Virus record (IMG/VR): IMGVR_UViG_3300030450_000412
Coordinates: 1-31,632 of that record
DNA: 31,632 nt
Source of the DNA: a virus
Lineage: Duplodnaviria; Caudoviricetes
Direction: 5' to 3' (one strand)
Shown: positions 1 through 7,884 of the stretch, one piece after another
How the letters are laid out: every line of letters begins with the position of its first letter
How positions within the stretch are numbered: the stretch's first letter is position 1
The notes under the pieces: model-generated
What the model was told of the DNA's origin: nothing
The model's database searches: none
What the model saw: the letters and a program-made list of their open reading frames with translations, nothing else
Program-made: the position numbers and the translations under genes

Positions 1-485
1 TCTTCTTTAACTCTTAACCTTTCATCAAATCTTAAATCATTCTTTATGATACCTATAATATTAGCTCCTATTACGCTTTGTGTAGTAAATGGTTTAAATT
101 CATCATAGAACTTATAATCATCAACCAACGCTAATCCCCACACTTTAAATCCCCAACCATCACATAGATAAAATTGATTCTCTAGTATTTGATGTATTCT
201 ATCTTTACTTATAAACCTTTCTTTTTTACCATTTTCAAAAGAATGAAAACTTAGAGCATCATCATCCACCTGAATATGCCATTCATCTTCTGTATTGTTT
301 AATATCCAGTTTCTAGTTGATGTAATTCCTTTAACACTATCATCAACTCCTAAAACCTTATCATGATATTTTTTATAATCATCTACCTCAGAATTAGGAC
401 AAACTATTACTGATTCATGAAACAACTCGCTTGTAGTTACTCTACCTGCTCTACCTTTGCTTGGGATATATACTGTAAACTTCAT
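1..485 (-). CDS. TAGT/GREB1-related GT-A fold glycosyltransferase, allele A (truncated by window edge; not in ORF track)
   Basis: Hand translation: MKFTVYIPSKGRAGRVTT...GITSTRNWILN...IQVDDDAL...WG...RFDERLRVKE; ATG overlaps the ParB stop (ATGA); same motifs as 29163..29903. Confidence 0.8.
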   Translation of the reverse strand, partial: MKFTVYIPSKGRAGRVTTSELFHESVIVCPNSEVDDYKKYHDKVLGVDDSVKGITSTRNWILNNTEDEWHIQVDDDALSFHSFENGKKERFISKDRIHQILENQFYLCDGWGFKVWGLALVDDYKFYDEFKPFTTQSVIGANIIGIIKNDLRFDERLRVKE

Positions 486-1075
486 TTGTTTAATTTCTCT
501 ATAAGCTCAGTACCTTTTCTCACTCTACCAACTCCTAATCTTTCAAACGCTTTATTCTTTTTGTAAACAGTTTTTATATCAAATATATCCTTCATAACCT
601 GCCAATCTAATTTATTATCAAAAGTAAATACTATGTAATTATGTTCTTCTAATACTTCTTCTGTTATTTCTATCTCAGGTTTTTCACCACTTATAACTTC
701 TAATCTTTCATCTAGTATAGGTAGATCAACACCCCACTCTTTTAGCTTAGAGCTTTCCCATTCGTTTGCTATAATATCCCAATCCCATTCTCCAAAACCT
801 ACATTATCCTTTACCACAAACTCTTCTTTTTGTTCTTCTGATAATCCTTTTGCAACATCTATCCAAACTTCTTTTAAACCAGCTTCTCTACTTGCTCTTA
901 ATCTCATGTTCCCCCCAAGCACCATCATATTTTCATCAACTACTATTGGTCTTAGCTCTAACATCTCAGGAAAATCTTTAATTGATTGAACTAATTTTTG
1001 GAATTTATCGTTCTTAATAATTCTAGGGTTGTTAGGATTCCCTTTTATTTTACTTATGCTTACTTGTTCTTTCAT
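482..1075 (-). CDS. parB: ParB/Srx-like N-terminal domain protein, allele A
   Basis: NPNNPR, RPIVVDENMMVLGGNMRLRA, KDNVGFGEWD motifs typical of phage ParB-N proteins. Confidence 0.9.
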   Translation of the reverse strand: MKEQVSISKIKGNPNNPRIIKNDKFQKLVQSIKDFPEMLELRPIVVDENMMVLGGNMRLRASREAGLKEVWIDVAKGLSEEQKEEFVVKDNVGFGEWDWDIIANEWESSKLKEWGVDLPILDERLEVISGEKPEIEITEEVLEEHNYIVFTFDNKLDWQVMKDIFDIKTVYKKNKAFERLGVGRVRKGTELIEKLNK

Positions 1076-1077
1076 AA

Positions 1078-1106
1078 TATATAATAGAATTTTTTGTTAT
1101 TTATTT
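1078..1106 (-). promoter_or_regulatory. Putative phage late promoter AAATAA-N12-TCTATTATATA
   Basis: Exact bipartite motif 2 nt upstream of the ParB ATG; six copies in the window. Confidence 0.75.
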
Positions 1107-1362
1107 AGAAATCCTCATTAATTCCTCTTTCTCCAAGCAGTTTCTCTTTAGCACCATCCCAAAGATAATCACCTCTTTTCTTTTTACTTAATGATTCTTC
1201 TGTTCTTTTTAATTGTGGGAATCCCTCTACTGGTTCAGTTTTCATATATAAACCACATGGGCATTCTGATCCTTTAGTTACCCATTCATTATCACGCAAA
1301 ACAATTATTTGCTTTCTTATCTCTTTTTCGTGCTCACCACATTTGCATTTATATAGTGCCAT
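1105..1362 (-). CDS. Hypothetical Zn-ribbon-like protein (CxC...CxC)
   Basis: CKCG and CPCG; homolog at 30537..30794. Confidence 0.75.
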   Translation of the reverse strand: MALYKCKCGEHEKEIRKQIIVLRDNEWVTKGSECPCGLYMKTEPVEGFPQLKRTEESLSKKKRGDYLWDGAKEKLLGERGINEDF

Positions 1363-1634
1363 TATAAACCTGTTCTATCTAACCCTCCTGTTCTTGTTTC
1401 ACTTTCCCTATACAATCTATCTAATTCAAAATGTAAATGATTAATAGCTTTCTGTATATCTTGCTCTGCTGGGTTTCCCTCCTTATTCCCTGCTCTTAAT
1501 AAATAAGATACTGCTGTGCCTGTATTATATCCAAGCTGAAAATCCTCTATAATGTTCCTAGCTGAATAGCCATATAATTTCCCTGAATAATAATGTGGTT
1601 CAGGATGTTTTTTGTAATCTTCTTTCTTTGTCAT
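1362..1634 (-). CDS. DUF3310 family protein (T7 gp1.7 nucleotide kinase-like)
   Basis: PHYY...YNTGTAVSYLLRAGNK...DIQKAINHL pattern. Confidence 0.75.
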   Translation of the reverse strand: MTKKEDYKKHPEPHYYSGKLYGYSARNIIEDFQLGYNTGTAVSYLLRAGNKEGNPAEQDIQKAINHLHFELDRLYRESETRTGGLDRTGL

Positions 1635-1815
1635 TTTCTAAAATTTTTATTAATCCTTGTTGTGTATTTAATGTTCTAGCTTTTTTGCTTTTTCTATATT
1701 CTTCAGGTGAATAGATTAACTTCACTTCTCTAACTAATCCTTCATTGTTATATTTAACTATCCATCTTTCTGAATGATGCATCTTTGTTCTTTTTAAATG
1801 TGCTAAATAACTCAT
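1600..1815 (-). CDS. Hypothetical protein (absent from right repeat copy)
   Basis: 71-aa ORF with ATGA coupling to the upstream gene. Confidence 0.65.
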   Translation of the reverse strand: MSYLAHLKRTKMHHSERWIVKYNNEGLVREVKLIYSPEEYRKSKKARTLNTQQGLIKILENDKERRLQKTS

Positions 1816-2213
1816 TGGCTGTATTTTTTATATAGTTTTTTTATTCCATCAAAGCATGTTGCTATACATGATCCACAATTTGTTCTTGGGCTGTAACTAG
1901 TCATAAATATTGTATTATAGGTTTCTATCATGCGTTTTTTTGCTTCTATGTTTTTAGCTTTTCCTGTTTTTAAATCTTTCCACATATCTAATATTTCATC
2001 TATTATTTCTTGTGGTAAATCATCAGGTGTTTCTATCTTAGTTGTTTTCTGCCACTTCCTTTGACTACATTCCATTGGAGCGAGCCTGGCTTTAATTTTC
2101 ATGAAACAACCACAGTCCTTACATGTTCCTGTTGGTTTAAAATAATAAACACATTCTCGACAGATAGACATTCTATCCTCATACACATCATTTGGAACAA
2201 AAAATCTATTCAT
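1812..2213 (-). CDS. Cys-rich metal-binding protein (DUF6171-like N-terminus)
   Basis: RxxICxEC...CKDCGCFMKIK...C...W plus C-terminal CGSC; 124/133 identical to 31051..31452 by hand count. Confidence 0.75.
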   Translation of the reverse strand: MNRFFVPNDVYEDRMSICRECVYYFKPTGTCKDCGCFMKIKARLAPMECSQRKWQKTTKIETPDDLPQEIIDEILDMWKDLKTGKAKNIEAKKRMIETYNTIFMTSYSPRTNCGSCIATCFDGIKKLYKKYSQ

Positions 2214-2328
2214 AATGCTTGTTTCTAGGTGCTACTTTTTCAGGGTAATCAAATCCAAACATCATAACAAATGAATGTTTTTTTTTGGGATCATACATCT
2301 TAGCTCTACTCTTTGTTTTAATTTTCAT
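2206..2328 (-). CDS. Small hypothetical protein, 40 aa (not in ORF track; absent from right copy)
   Basis: MKIKTKSRAKMYDPKKKHSFVMMFGFDYPEKVAPRNKHYE; fills the gap and overlaps both neighbours. Confidence 0.55.
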   Translation of the reverse strand: MKIKTKSRAKMYDPKKKHSFVMMFGFDYPEKVAPRNKHYE

Positions 2329-2893
2329 TTAATTCTTTTCTTAATAATGTTCTTACTTTATCTATTGTTGTAAATAAACTATTTCTACTTATCTTAGTTT
2401 TTGCAGCAAGACTATCTAATGTATTGCCTTCATAATAATAGAGCTTAAATAATTCCCTATCATACCAATAAATGTCATCTAAGGCTTGGTCAATTTTTTC
2501 TAGCCTTGTCCATTGTTTAGCTACTTCTTCTTCTGCAATATTAGATATATGTTTATTATTAGCAATATTATGTGCCACATCATCATTACTAAAAGTTGTA
2601 CTACAATTGTAACTAGAACTGTCAATATGTGTATAATACTTTTCATACTTATAATAAAAATTACTTCTTGTACTTGTTAATGCTCTTCTTAATGCAACAG
2701 CTCCATATTTTTTAATACCCAGAATCCCATCTTTTTCCCAAATTGAAGATAATGTTGTTGGATTCATCTGCAAGAAATATAACATTAATTCTTGTACGGC
2801 TTCGTGGATTTTGTTTTCATCTGTTGTAATACCATAAGACATTTCTCTAAAAAAATCAGTAAGCTTTGATATCTCCTGATAAATCTTATTCAT
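2318..2893 (-). CDS. Phage RNA polymerase sigma factor (ECF/sigma70-like)
   Basis: Region-2-like EAVQELMLYF; region-4 HTH DRELFKLYYYEGNTLDSLAAKTKISRNSLFTTIDKVR; 191 aa. Confidence 0.8.
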   Translation of the reverse strand: MNKIYQEISKLTDFFREMSYGITTDENKIHEAVQELMLYFLQMNPTTLSSIWEKDGILGIKKYGAVALRRALTSTRSNFYYKYEKYYTHIDSSSYNCSTTFSNDDVAHNIANNKHISNIAEEEVAKQWTRLEKIDQALDDIYWYDRELFKLYYYEGNTLDSLAAKTKISRNSLFTTIDKVRTLLRKELNEN

Positions 2894-3242
2894 TTTCTGG
2901 ATTAATTAAATCTAGTTTATCAACTGTTTGATGTAACATTTCTTGTAATACCACTTTATAAGCTCTTATAACTGCTGCATTCTTTTTTGTTTCTAACGCT
3001 GCAAAAAAACCATTTGTTGCAACTGATAAGTTAATAGGTATGATCATAATCCAATCATAAAAATTATTCTCTCTAACTCCTTTGCCGTATCCATTGCTGT
3101 ATTCAAATATTACATTGACAACATCTAAATAATTTTCGTATTTTGTTTTGGAACTGACTTCTTCTGCAAACTCTAAACACATTCTAACATAAATATCAAC
3201 TATTGACTGATGTTCATGGCTTGAATATATTGGCTTTGTCAT
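2886..3242 (-). CDS. Hypothetical protein
   Basis: 118-aa ORF coupled to the sigma gene. Confidence 0.7.
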   Translation of the reverse strand: MTKPIYSSHEHQSIVDIYVRMCLEFAEEVSSKTKYENYLDVVNVIFEYSNGYGKGVRENNFYDWIMIIPINLSVATNGFFAALETKKNAAVIRAYKVVLQEMLHQTVDKLDLINPENE

Positions 3243-3246
3243 ATGC

Positions 3247-3254
3247 CAAATTTA
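3247..3254 (-). promoter_or_regulatory. Possible host sigma70 -7 element (TAAATTTG) upstream of the sigma operon
   Basis: Matches TAnnTTTG in a short intergenic gap; -33 element not at canonical spacing. Confidence 0.5.
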
Positions 3255-3264
3255 ACAGAAAAGT

Positions 3265-3693
3265 TTACTCAATCCCTTTTTCTTTTTTTAAGTTTTCAAC
3301 AGCCGATTTGTAATAACTTATTTTATCTTGATAATCAACTCTAGACATTTTAATTGTTGTTCTTGCTTTAACTTGCATTTGTTCTGCTGTACCTTCACCA
3401 TGTTTTTGATCTAAAGCTAATCCGAATTTGTATTGTTCTCCTTGACCAAATAAATTATCTGCTGCTGATTGTGGGGCAACATTAATCTCACACCATCTTG
3501 TTGCTAAATGTCTTCTTGACATAAAATGGCCTGCATGAATTTTTTTATAGTGATACACCCTGCCTGAAGTTATGCACTGTACCAACCCTTCATCTGTTGC
3601 ATCTTTAAGCCTTATGTAAAGGCTAAACCATTTATCTAATTCTTTTTTGAGCTTACTTATTGACTTCATATCCAAGTTCTCTTTTCCAATCAT
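3265..3693 (-). CDS. ninG: NinG/Rap-like recombination endonuclease (true start probably MKSISKL at 3669)
   Basis: LDKWFSLYIRLKD...CITSG...HAGHFMSR...TRW.E.N...Q. Confidence 0.85.
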   Translation of the reverse strand: MIGKENLDMKSISKLKKELDKWFSLYIRLKDATDEGLVQCITSGRVYHYKKIHAGHFMSRRHLATRWCEINVAPQSAADNLFGQGEQYKFGLALDQKHGEGTAEQMQVKARTTIKMSRVDYQDKISYYKSAVENLKKEKGIE

Positions 3694-3970
3694 CTTGAAT
3701 AGCTCCTTTGCGCATACTGTATATTTTACCCCTTAATTCTGGATGTTCTTCCTGTAATTTTCTACGCATTCTTTCAATGGTTTTTATATTGGTTAATTTA
3801 CTGTTAGCAAATAACTGCATAAATTCATAACCACTTAGTTTATAAGGATTTATTTGTTTCTTTTTTAATTCATTATACCAATAAGTAGCTATAAGTTTTG
3901 GATCACTATCTCTTAAATGAGGTTTGTTAATTAATAGTTCTTTTACTATATCTTTTGTTTTATCTTTCAT
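3653..3970 (-). CDS. Hypothetical protein (possible DNA-binding)
   Basis: 105 aa with LRDSD..L and TIERMRRKLQE..PELRG; AACTAAAATG leader. Confidence 0.7.
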   Translation of the reverse strand: MKDKTKDIVKELLINKPHLRDSDPKLIATYWYNELKKKQINPYKLSGYEFMQLFANSKLTNIKTIERMRRKLQEEHPELRGKIYSMRKGAIQDDWKRELGYEVNK

Positions 3971-3985
3971 TTTAGTTAATTTTAG

Positions 3986-4060
3986 TTATTCTCTGATTCT
4001 TCTTATTAACCACATTACAATTGCGGTAAAAAATACCCAGCCTACGATTGATGTTTTCAT
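3986..4060 (-). CDS. Small membrane peptide, 24 aa (not in ORF track)
   Basis: MKTSIVGWVFFTAIVMWLIRRIRE; ATGA overlap with the upstream stop. Confidence 0.55.
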   Translation of the reverse strand: MKTSIVGWVFFTAIVMWLIRRIRE

Positions 4061-4275
4061 TTCATTCCCCATTTTTTCTTTTCTTCTTCTGTAAAATAAT
4101 CATTTGCTTCTAAATCATCTGCAAATTTTCTAGCTTCTTTATATAGTTTTATATTCTTTTTTTCTATATAATTTATAAATTCTTCCATCCAATAAATCTT
4201 TTCTAAATTAGATCTATTAATACTTAATGCCATTTGTAACATTCCTAATGGGGCTGTTTCTTCTTTCTGTTTCAT
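4057..4275 (-). CDS. Hypothetical protein
   Basis: 72 aa with ATGA coupling. Confidence 0.65.
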   Translation of the reverse strand: MKQKEETAPLGMLQMALSINRSNLEKIYWMEEFINYIEKKNIKLYKEARKFADDLEANDYFTEEEKKKWGMK

Positions 4276-4664
4276 TTTAATAGTTTTAAAGGTTCTTGAT
4301 AAAATAATACTTTCTTAGGGTCTTTCCCTAATGTTTTTACTTCATACCATGCGTTGTCGATTACTTTTTTGTGGGCATATACCCATTTATAAAATGTTCT
4401 AATATTTAAAAAAGGTTCATCCTTGCCAAAACGGACACCTTGATGAAAGGCATCTTGCACTTGGTTGAACGTCATATTTCCAAACCTTTTTTCATTAATT
4501 AAATCTTCTGCAAATATCTTACTAAGACTAGCCAATGTTTGAGGATCGGTGTTGTGTCCTATCTCAACAGAGGTCTTAGCTAAAAGGTCTAAAACCTTTT
4601 CTGATAGTTCTTGTAAATTTTCTTGTTTAAGTGATTTCATAATAGTTTTTTTGCTTCTTGCCAA
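4272..4664 (-). CDS. Hypothetical replication accessory protein (possible helicase loader; true start probably 4640)
   Basis: Directly downstream of the initiator; ATGA overlap at 4637-4640. Confidence 0.55.
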   Translation of the reverse strand: MARSKKTIMKSLKQENLQELSEKVLDLLAKTSVEIGHNTDPQTLASLSKIFAEDLINEKRFGNMTFNQVQDAFHQGVRFGKDEPFLNIRTFYKWVYAHKKVIDNAWYEVKTLGKDPKKVLFYQEPLKLLK

Positions 4665-5239
4665 GCATTTATTTGTGAATCTAGCTTGGACATTGTTACT
4701 TTTTCTTTATTTCTTCTTTCCCAAGTTCTAACTGCTGCTTTCCAATCCTTCATTATTTCTTTTCCTATTTTCCACCCCTTGCTTTCATAAAAATCAATAA
4801 ATGCTTCAGCATCTATATTATTCTTGCGCAATATACAATAATCTTTAACTTCATCTAAAGTTGGTTTTTTAAAACGCTTCTTCTTATTACCATCTGTAAG
4901 ATTAGTATTAGTTATATTTATATTAGTATTATCTGTTGATATTTTTAGCATAGGGTTGTCCACCAATCTGATTGACCTAGACTCAATTTCTCTACTACCT
5001 TGTTTATATTTTACATCTCTAACAATATACTTATTATCTTCTAAAAGTTTTAACCAATTTTGAATAGATGATCTACTTACTTCATATAACTTACAAAAGT
5101 ATTGTGTGGATGCTGTACATTTTCCATTCATATTACACAAAGCAGTTATTTCTGCATAAAGAAGTTTAGCATTAGGTGTTAGCTTTTTGCTGTATCTTAC
5201 TTCAGCAGGAATAACCGCATAATAATTAGGTTTTTGCAT
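4637..5239 (-). CDS. Replication initiator / replisome organizer (N-terminal winged HTH)
   Basis: YYAVIPAEVRY..LTPNAKLLYAEI; C-terminal FKKPTLDEV...FIDFYESKGW...DWKAAVRTWE. Confidence 0.85.
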   Translation of the reverse strand: MQKPNYYAVIPAEVRYSKKLTPNAKLLYAEITALCNMNGKCTASTQYFCKLYEVSRSSIQNWLKLLEDNKYIVRDVKYKQGSREIESRSIRLVDNPMLKISTDNTNINITNTNLTDGNKKKRFKKPTLDEVKDYCILRKNNIDAEAFIDFYESKGWKIGKEIMKDWKAAVRTWERRNKEKVTMSKLDSQINAWQEAKKLL

Positions 5240-5748
5240 TATATAAGTTTTATTGTGTAATGATATTTTTCCATTGCAAACTTAACAATTTCTAATTGTT
5301 CTGAAAATTTAAAGTATGAAGTATTTAAAGTGCATCTAGCTTCACCGCTTTTAACTTCAATAAACACATCAGGGTTTTTAACCTCACTAACACCGCTTTT
5401 CAAAAGATGTCTTTTCATGTGATCACCTCTAATAAATATCTCCTTTTCATTATCTATATCTTTATAAACCTTATAAACTTTATTAAAAGTATTACGATAT
5501 TTTTCACAACTTCTATAAATATGTTTATGTTTATTTTCATAATGATACATTAAACTCCTATCACGATTTAACTCTTTAGCAATAACAGTTCTATGGATAT
5601 TTTCTTCAGTTAGACCAATATATGCTGCAACTGATCTAGCTATCTGTAATGGTCTTTTTCTGCTTTTTAATGATAGCGCACCTTCTGGCATTCCCAGAGT
5701 CCTAGTAGTTAAATTGCAGATTGCTTTAAAATTCAATTCTTCTGTCAT
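5239..5748 (-). CDS. DnaA domain-IV-like HTH protein
   Basis: KSRKRPLQIARSVAAYI...IAKELNRDRSLMYH resembles the DnaA C-terminal DNA-binding domain. Confidence 0.65.
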   Translation of the reverse strand: MTEELNFKAICNLTTRTLGMPEGALSLKSRKRPLQIARSVAAYIGLTEENIHRTVIAKELNRDRSLMYHYENKHKHIYRSCEKYRNTFNKVYKVYKDIDNEKEIFIRGDHMKRHLLKSGVSEVKNPDVFIEVKSGEARCTLNTSYFKFSEQLEIVKFAMEKYHYTIKLI

Positions 5749-5750
5749 GA

Positions 5751-6068
5751 TTAAAATGGCATATCAGCTTCAAAATCTTCATCAGCTTGGTTAGTATTAC
5801 TTTTATCTACAAAATGGTACCCATCTATATTATGATAATATTTTCCATTATATTCTCTTGAATAAACATTACAAAGAATTGAAACATCCATTCCCTCATT
5901 TAACTTATTCATTTTTAATACTTTATCTCCAAAAGCACTTACAACCACCAAGTTGTTAAACTCTGACCCTGTATCAATAACAACTGATTGCTTTTGCCAC
6001 TCCTTACCTGCTTTAGATACTCCTTTTTCTAATTCTAGTTTTTTCTTTAATTTTCCTGTAATTTCCAT
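5751..6068 (-). CDS. DUF3127 single-stranded DNA-binding protein
   Basis: GVSKAGKEWQKQ...SREYNGKYY; acidic tail ending DMPF. Confidence 0.85.
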   Translation of the reverse strand: MEITGKLKKKLELEKGVSKAGKEWQKQSVVIDTGSEFNNLVVVSAFGDKVLKMNKLNEGMDVSILCNVYSREYNGKYYHNIDGYHFVDKSNTNQADEDFEADMPF

Positions 6069-6079
6069 TTTTTTGTTTT

Positions 6080-6256
6080 TTATTTATTTGACTTTGTTTT
6101 AATTTCTTCTAAATCTCTGATGTTAAATGTATATTCTTCATTTAAATCATTTACTGCTTTGCATTTATGTATTCCACACTCAAACCATGATTTTGTTATT
6201 GTAAACCCTCCATTATAGTTTATTCTTTTTTTGTTTCTTACTCTATACTTTTCCAT
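6080..6256 (-). CDS. Small hypothetical protein, 58 aa (not in ORF track)
   Basis: MEKYRVRNKKRINYNGGFTITKSWFECGIHKCKAVNDLNEEYTFNIRDLEEIKTKSNK. Confidence 0.6.
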   Translation of the reverse strand: MEKYRVRNKKRINYNGGFTITKSWFECGIHKCKAVNDLNEEYTFNIRDLEEIKTKSNK

Positions 6257-6258
6257 GC

Positions 6259-6432
6259 TTACTTTTTTATTATGTTTAAAATCTTTTGTAATTTTAGTTT
6301 TGTTTCAATTACTTGTAGTTTTAATTTCATATTATTTTCTCTCACTCTTTGATTTTCTTTTTTAAAATGTTCAAGCTTTTCTCTATTATCTTCAGGTGTG
6401 TTAATACTGTTTTTTGGGATGTAATTTTCCAT
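6259..6432 (-). CDS. Small coiled-coil protein, 57 aa (not in ORF track)
   Basis: MENYIPKNSINTPEDNREKLEHFKKENQRVRENNMKLKLQVIETKLKLQKILNIIKK. Confidence 0.6.
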   Translation of the reverse strand: MENYIPKNSINTPEDNREKLEHFKKENQRVRENNMKLKLQVIETKLKLQKILNIIKK

Positions 6433-6451
6433 AGTTTATGTTTTAGTTAGT

Positions 6452-6537
6452 AAAAAAGAAAGTGAAAGGGAAGCGGTACATTTGCAAAGTATAACTGCTG
6501 GTTAATAAATTGTTTAATACCAACCCTCTCACAATCT
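6452..6537 (-). other. Structured intergenic element (possible multi-stem RNA or attenuator)
   Basis: Outer stem 6462-6470/6524-6532 encloses two hairpins and is followed by a U-tract on the minus strand. Confidence 0.4.
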
Positions 6538-6540
6538 ATA

Positions 6541-6924
6541 TTATTTTCGTTTAAATTCTTCTGATTCATCTTCACCAAACACTCCAAGCTCATAAAAACC
6601 TGTTAATTTGAGTACCGCCCTGCTCATAGCCCTCTTTTCTGCCATTTCAACAACATACCAGGAATTGGTTGTTCCGCTTTTAAAATCACCTTTAAGTGCA
6701 GAACCATACGTTTGTATGGATGTTTTACCTTTTGTAGCGTATGCTTTAATTACACAAAAATCTTTCTCGCATTTCTCTATGTAGTAATCTAATTTTATTT
6801 GTTCAATAGCAGCAATTTTTTCTACGCCACTTCTAGTGATGATCAAATAGTGTTGATGTTTAAATATATCTTCTTTTTCTAATCCATAGTGAAGATATTT
6901 TTCCTTAATTTTTTCTGTTTTCAT
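6541..6924 (-). CDS. Probable single-strand annealing recombinase (Rad52/Sak-like)
   Basis: MAEKRAMSRAVLKLTG helix, acidic C-terminus, proximity to SSB. Confidence 0.5.
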   Translation of the reverse strand: MKTEKIKEKYLHYGLEKEDIFKHQHYLIITRSGVEKIAAIEQIKLDYYIEKCEKDFCVIKAYATKGKTSIQTYGSALKGDFKSGTTNSWYVVEMAEKRAMSRAVLKLTGFYELGVFGEDESEEFKRK

Positions 6925-6950
6925 TTGTTTCGTTTTAGTTATTAGTTGGT

Positions 6951-6979
6951 CAAAAGTATAAAAATTTATTTACTTTCAA
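6951..6979 (-). promoter_or_regulatory. Host sigma70 promoter TTG-N18-TACTTTTG
   Basis: Bacteroidota consensus TTG-N17-21-TAnnTTTG upstream of the 6924 gene. Confidence 0.65.
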
Positions 6980-7169
6980 CATGTTTAATTATTTGCTCTT
7001 TTATATAACCAATCTGCTCAGTATTAATCCACTCTAAAAAATTATATGCATCAAAGCAAACTTGAAAATCATTCCCATATTCATCTAAACCTCTTAGGTA
7101 TATTTCTCCATCACAACATTGAAATGTGTTTATACTGTGCATAGCTTTATGTATTATATCTTTTTCCAT
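6966..7169 (-). CDS. Hypothetical early protein
   Basis: 67 aa with TAATG coupling. Confidence 0.65.
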   Translation of the reverse strand: MEKDIIHKAMHSINTFQCCDGEIYLRGLDEYGNDFQVCFDAYNFLEWINTEQIGYIKEQIIKHVESK

Positions 7170-7450
7170 TATCTTAAATTTATTATTAGTGCTTTGTTTT
7201 TATAATATTGTTTGTATTTTTTTAATGTTTCTTTATCCTCAAAATCATAAGATTCATCAAGATTTAATCCTGTTTCATCACAGTATTTATCAAGCGCTTC
7301 TGATATTTGTTTTCTAGTTCCAAATATTCTGATAGCTGTACTTACAGGAACAGGGTTTGAATTGAATCGACTAAATTCACCATTCCATTTATGTGAATCC
7401 CTATATTCTCCATTAGGATAAAAATAAAAAGTATCGCATTCTAGTTTCAT
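7169..7450 (-). CDS. Hypothetical early protein
   Basis: 93 aa, tightly packed. Confidence 0.65.
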   Translation of the reverse strand: MKLECDTFYFYPNGEYRDSHKWNGEFSRFNSNPVPVSTAIRIFGTRKQISEALDKYCDETGLNLDESYDFEDKETLKKYKQYYKNKALIINLR

Positions 7451-7452
7451 AA

Positions 7453-7683
7453 TTAGTAGTTTAAGTTAATGTGTAACAAAATTGATCCAACAAATAAAGC
7501 TACCAATCCAATACAAAGAAGTGAAAACCTTATATTATCCATAAATTTATCATCATCCTGTATAATATAATCATCAGATGTGTTAATGTATTCCCCTCTA
7601 CTGTTTTTAACATAGAAGAAATTAGCAGCTTCTTTTGGGTTTAGGTTAAAGCTATGACCTGTTTTTTTGTTTGTGATTTTCAT
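7453..7683 (-). CDS. Hypothetical early protein with C-terminal TM helix
   Basis: FSLLCIGLVALFVGSILLHI; AACTAAAATG leader. Confidence 0.65.
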   Translation of the reverse strand: MKITNKKTGHSFNLNPKEAANFFYVKNSRGEYINTSDDYIIQDDDKFMDNIRFSLLCIGLVALFVGSILLHINLNY

Positions 7684-7700
7684 TTTAGTTTTTTTTATAA

Positions 7701-7874
7701 TTAATAATTAGTGTTAGTTATAATATGAATAGTTTTATTTGTTTTCATATTAATAAAGTGTAAATAACAAGTATCTTCACACACAAAAACCTCAATATCA
7801 TCATTAGATTTCTTTTCAGTTTTATAATAATACTCGTTTAAAAATTTTGAATCTTTGTTTTTAGTAATTTTCAT
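7701..7874 (-). CDS. Small early protein, 57 aa (not in ORF track)
   Basis: MKITKNKDSKFLNEYYYKTEKKSNDDIEVFVCEDTCYLHFINMKTNKTIHIITNTNY; GCTAAAATG leader. Confidence 0.6.
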   Translation of the reverse strand: MKITKNKDSKFLNEYYYKTEKKSNDDIEVFVCEDTCYLHFINMKTNKTIHIITNTNY

Positions 7875-7884
7875 TTTAGCTTTT

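Larger units (their letters stand above)
1..2510. repeat. Left copy of diverged direct repeat (partner ~29430..31632)
   Basis: Same gene order (GT, ParB, Zn-finger protein, DUF3310, Cys-rich protein, sigma); offset 29432 at the ParB and 85-aa genes. Confidence 0.95.

Noticed and set aside
1-2510. Terminal repeat as true direct terminal repeats or att sites
   Set aside because: The copies differ in sequence and gene content; no integrase or att core was seen
6477-6484. Plus-strand TACATTTG -7-like element
   Set aside because: No TTG at the -33 position and it lies within a hairpin
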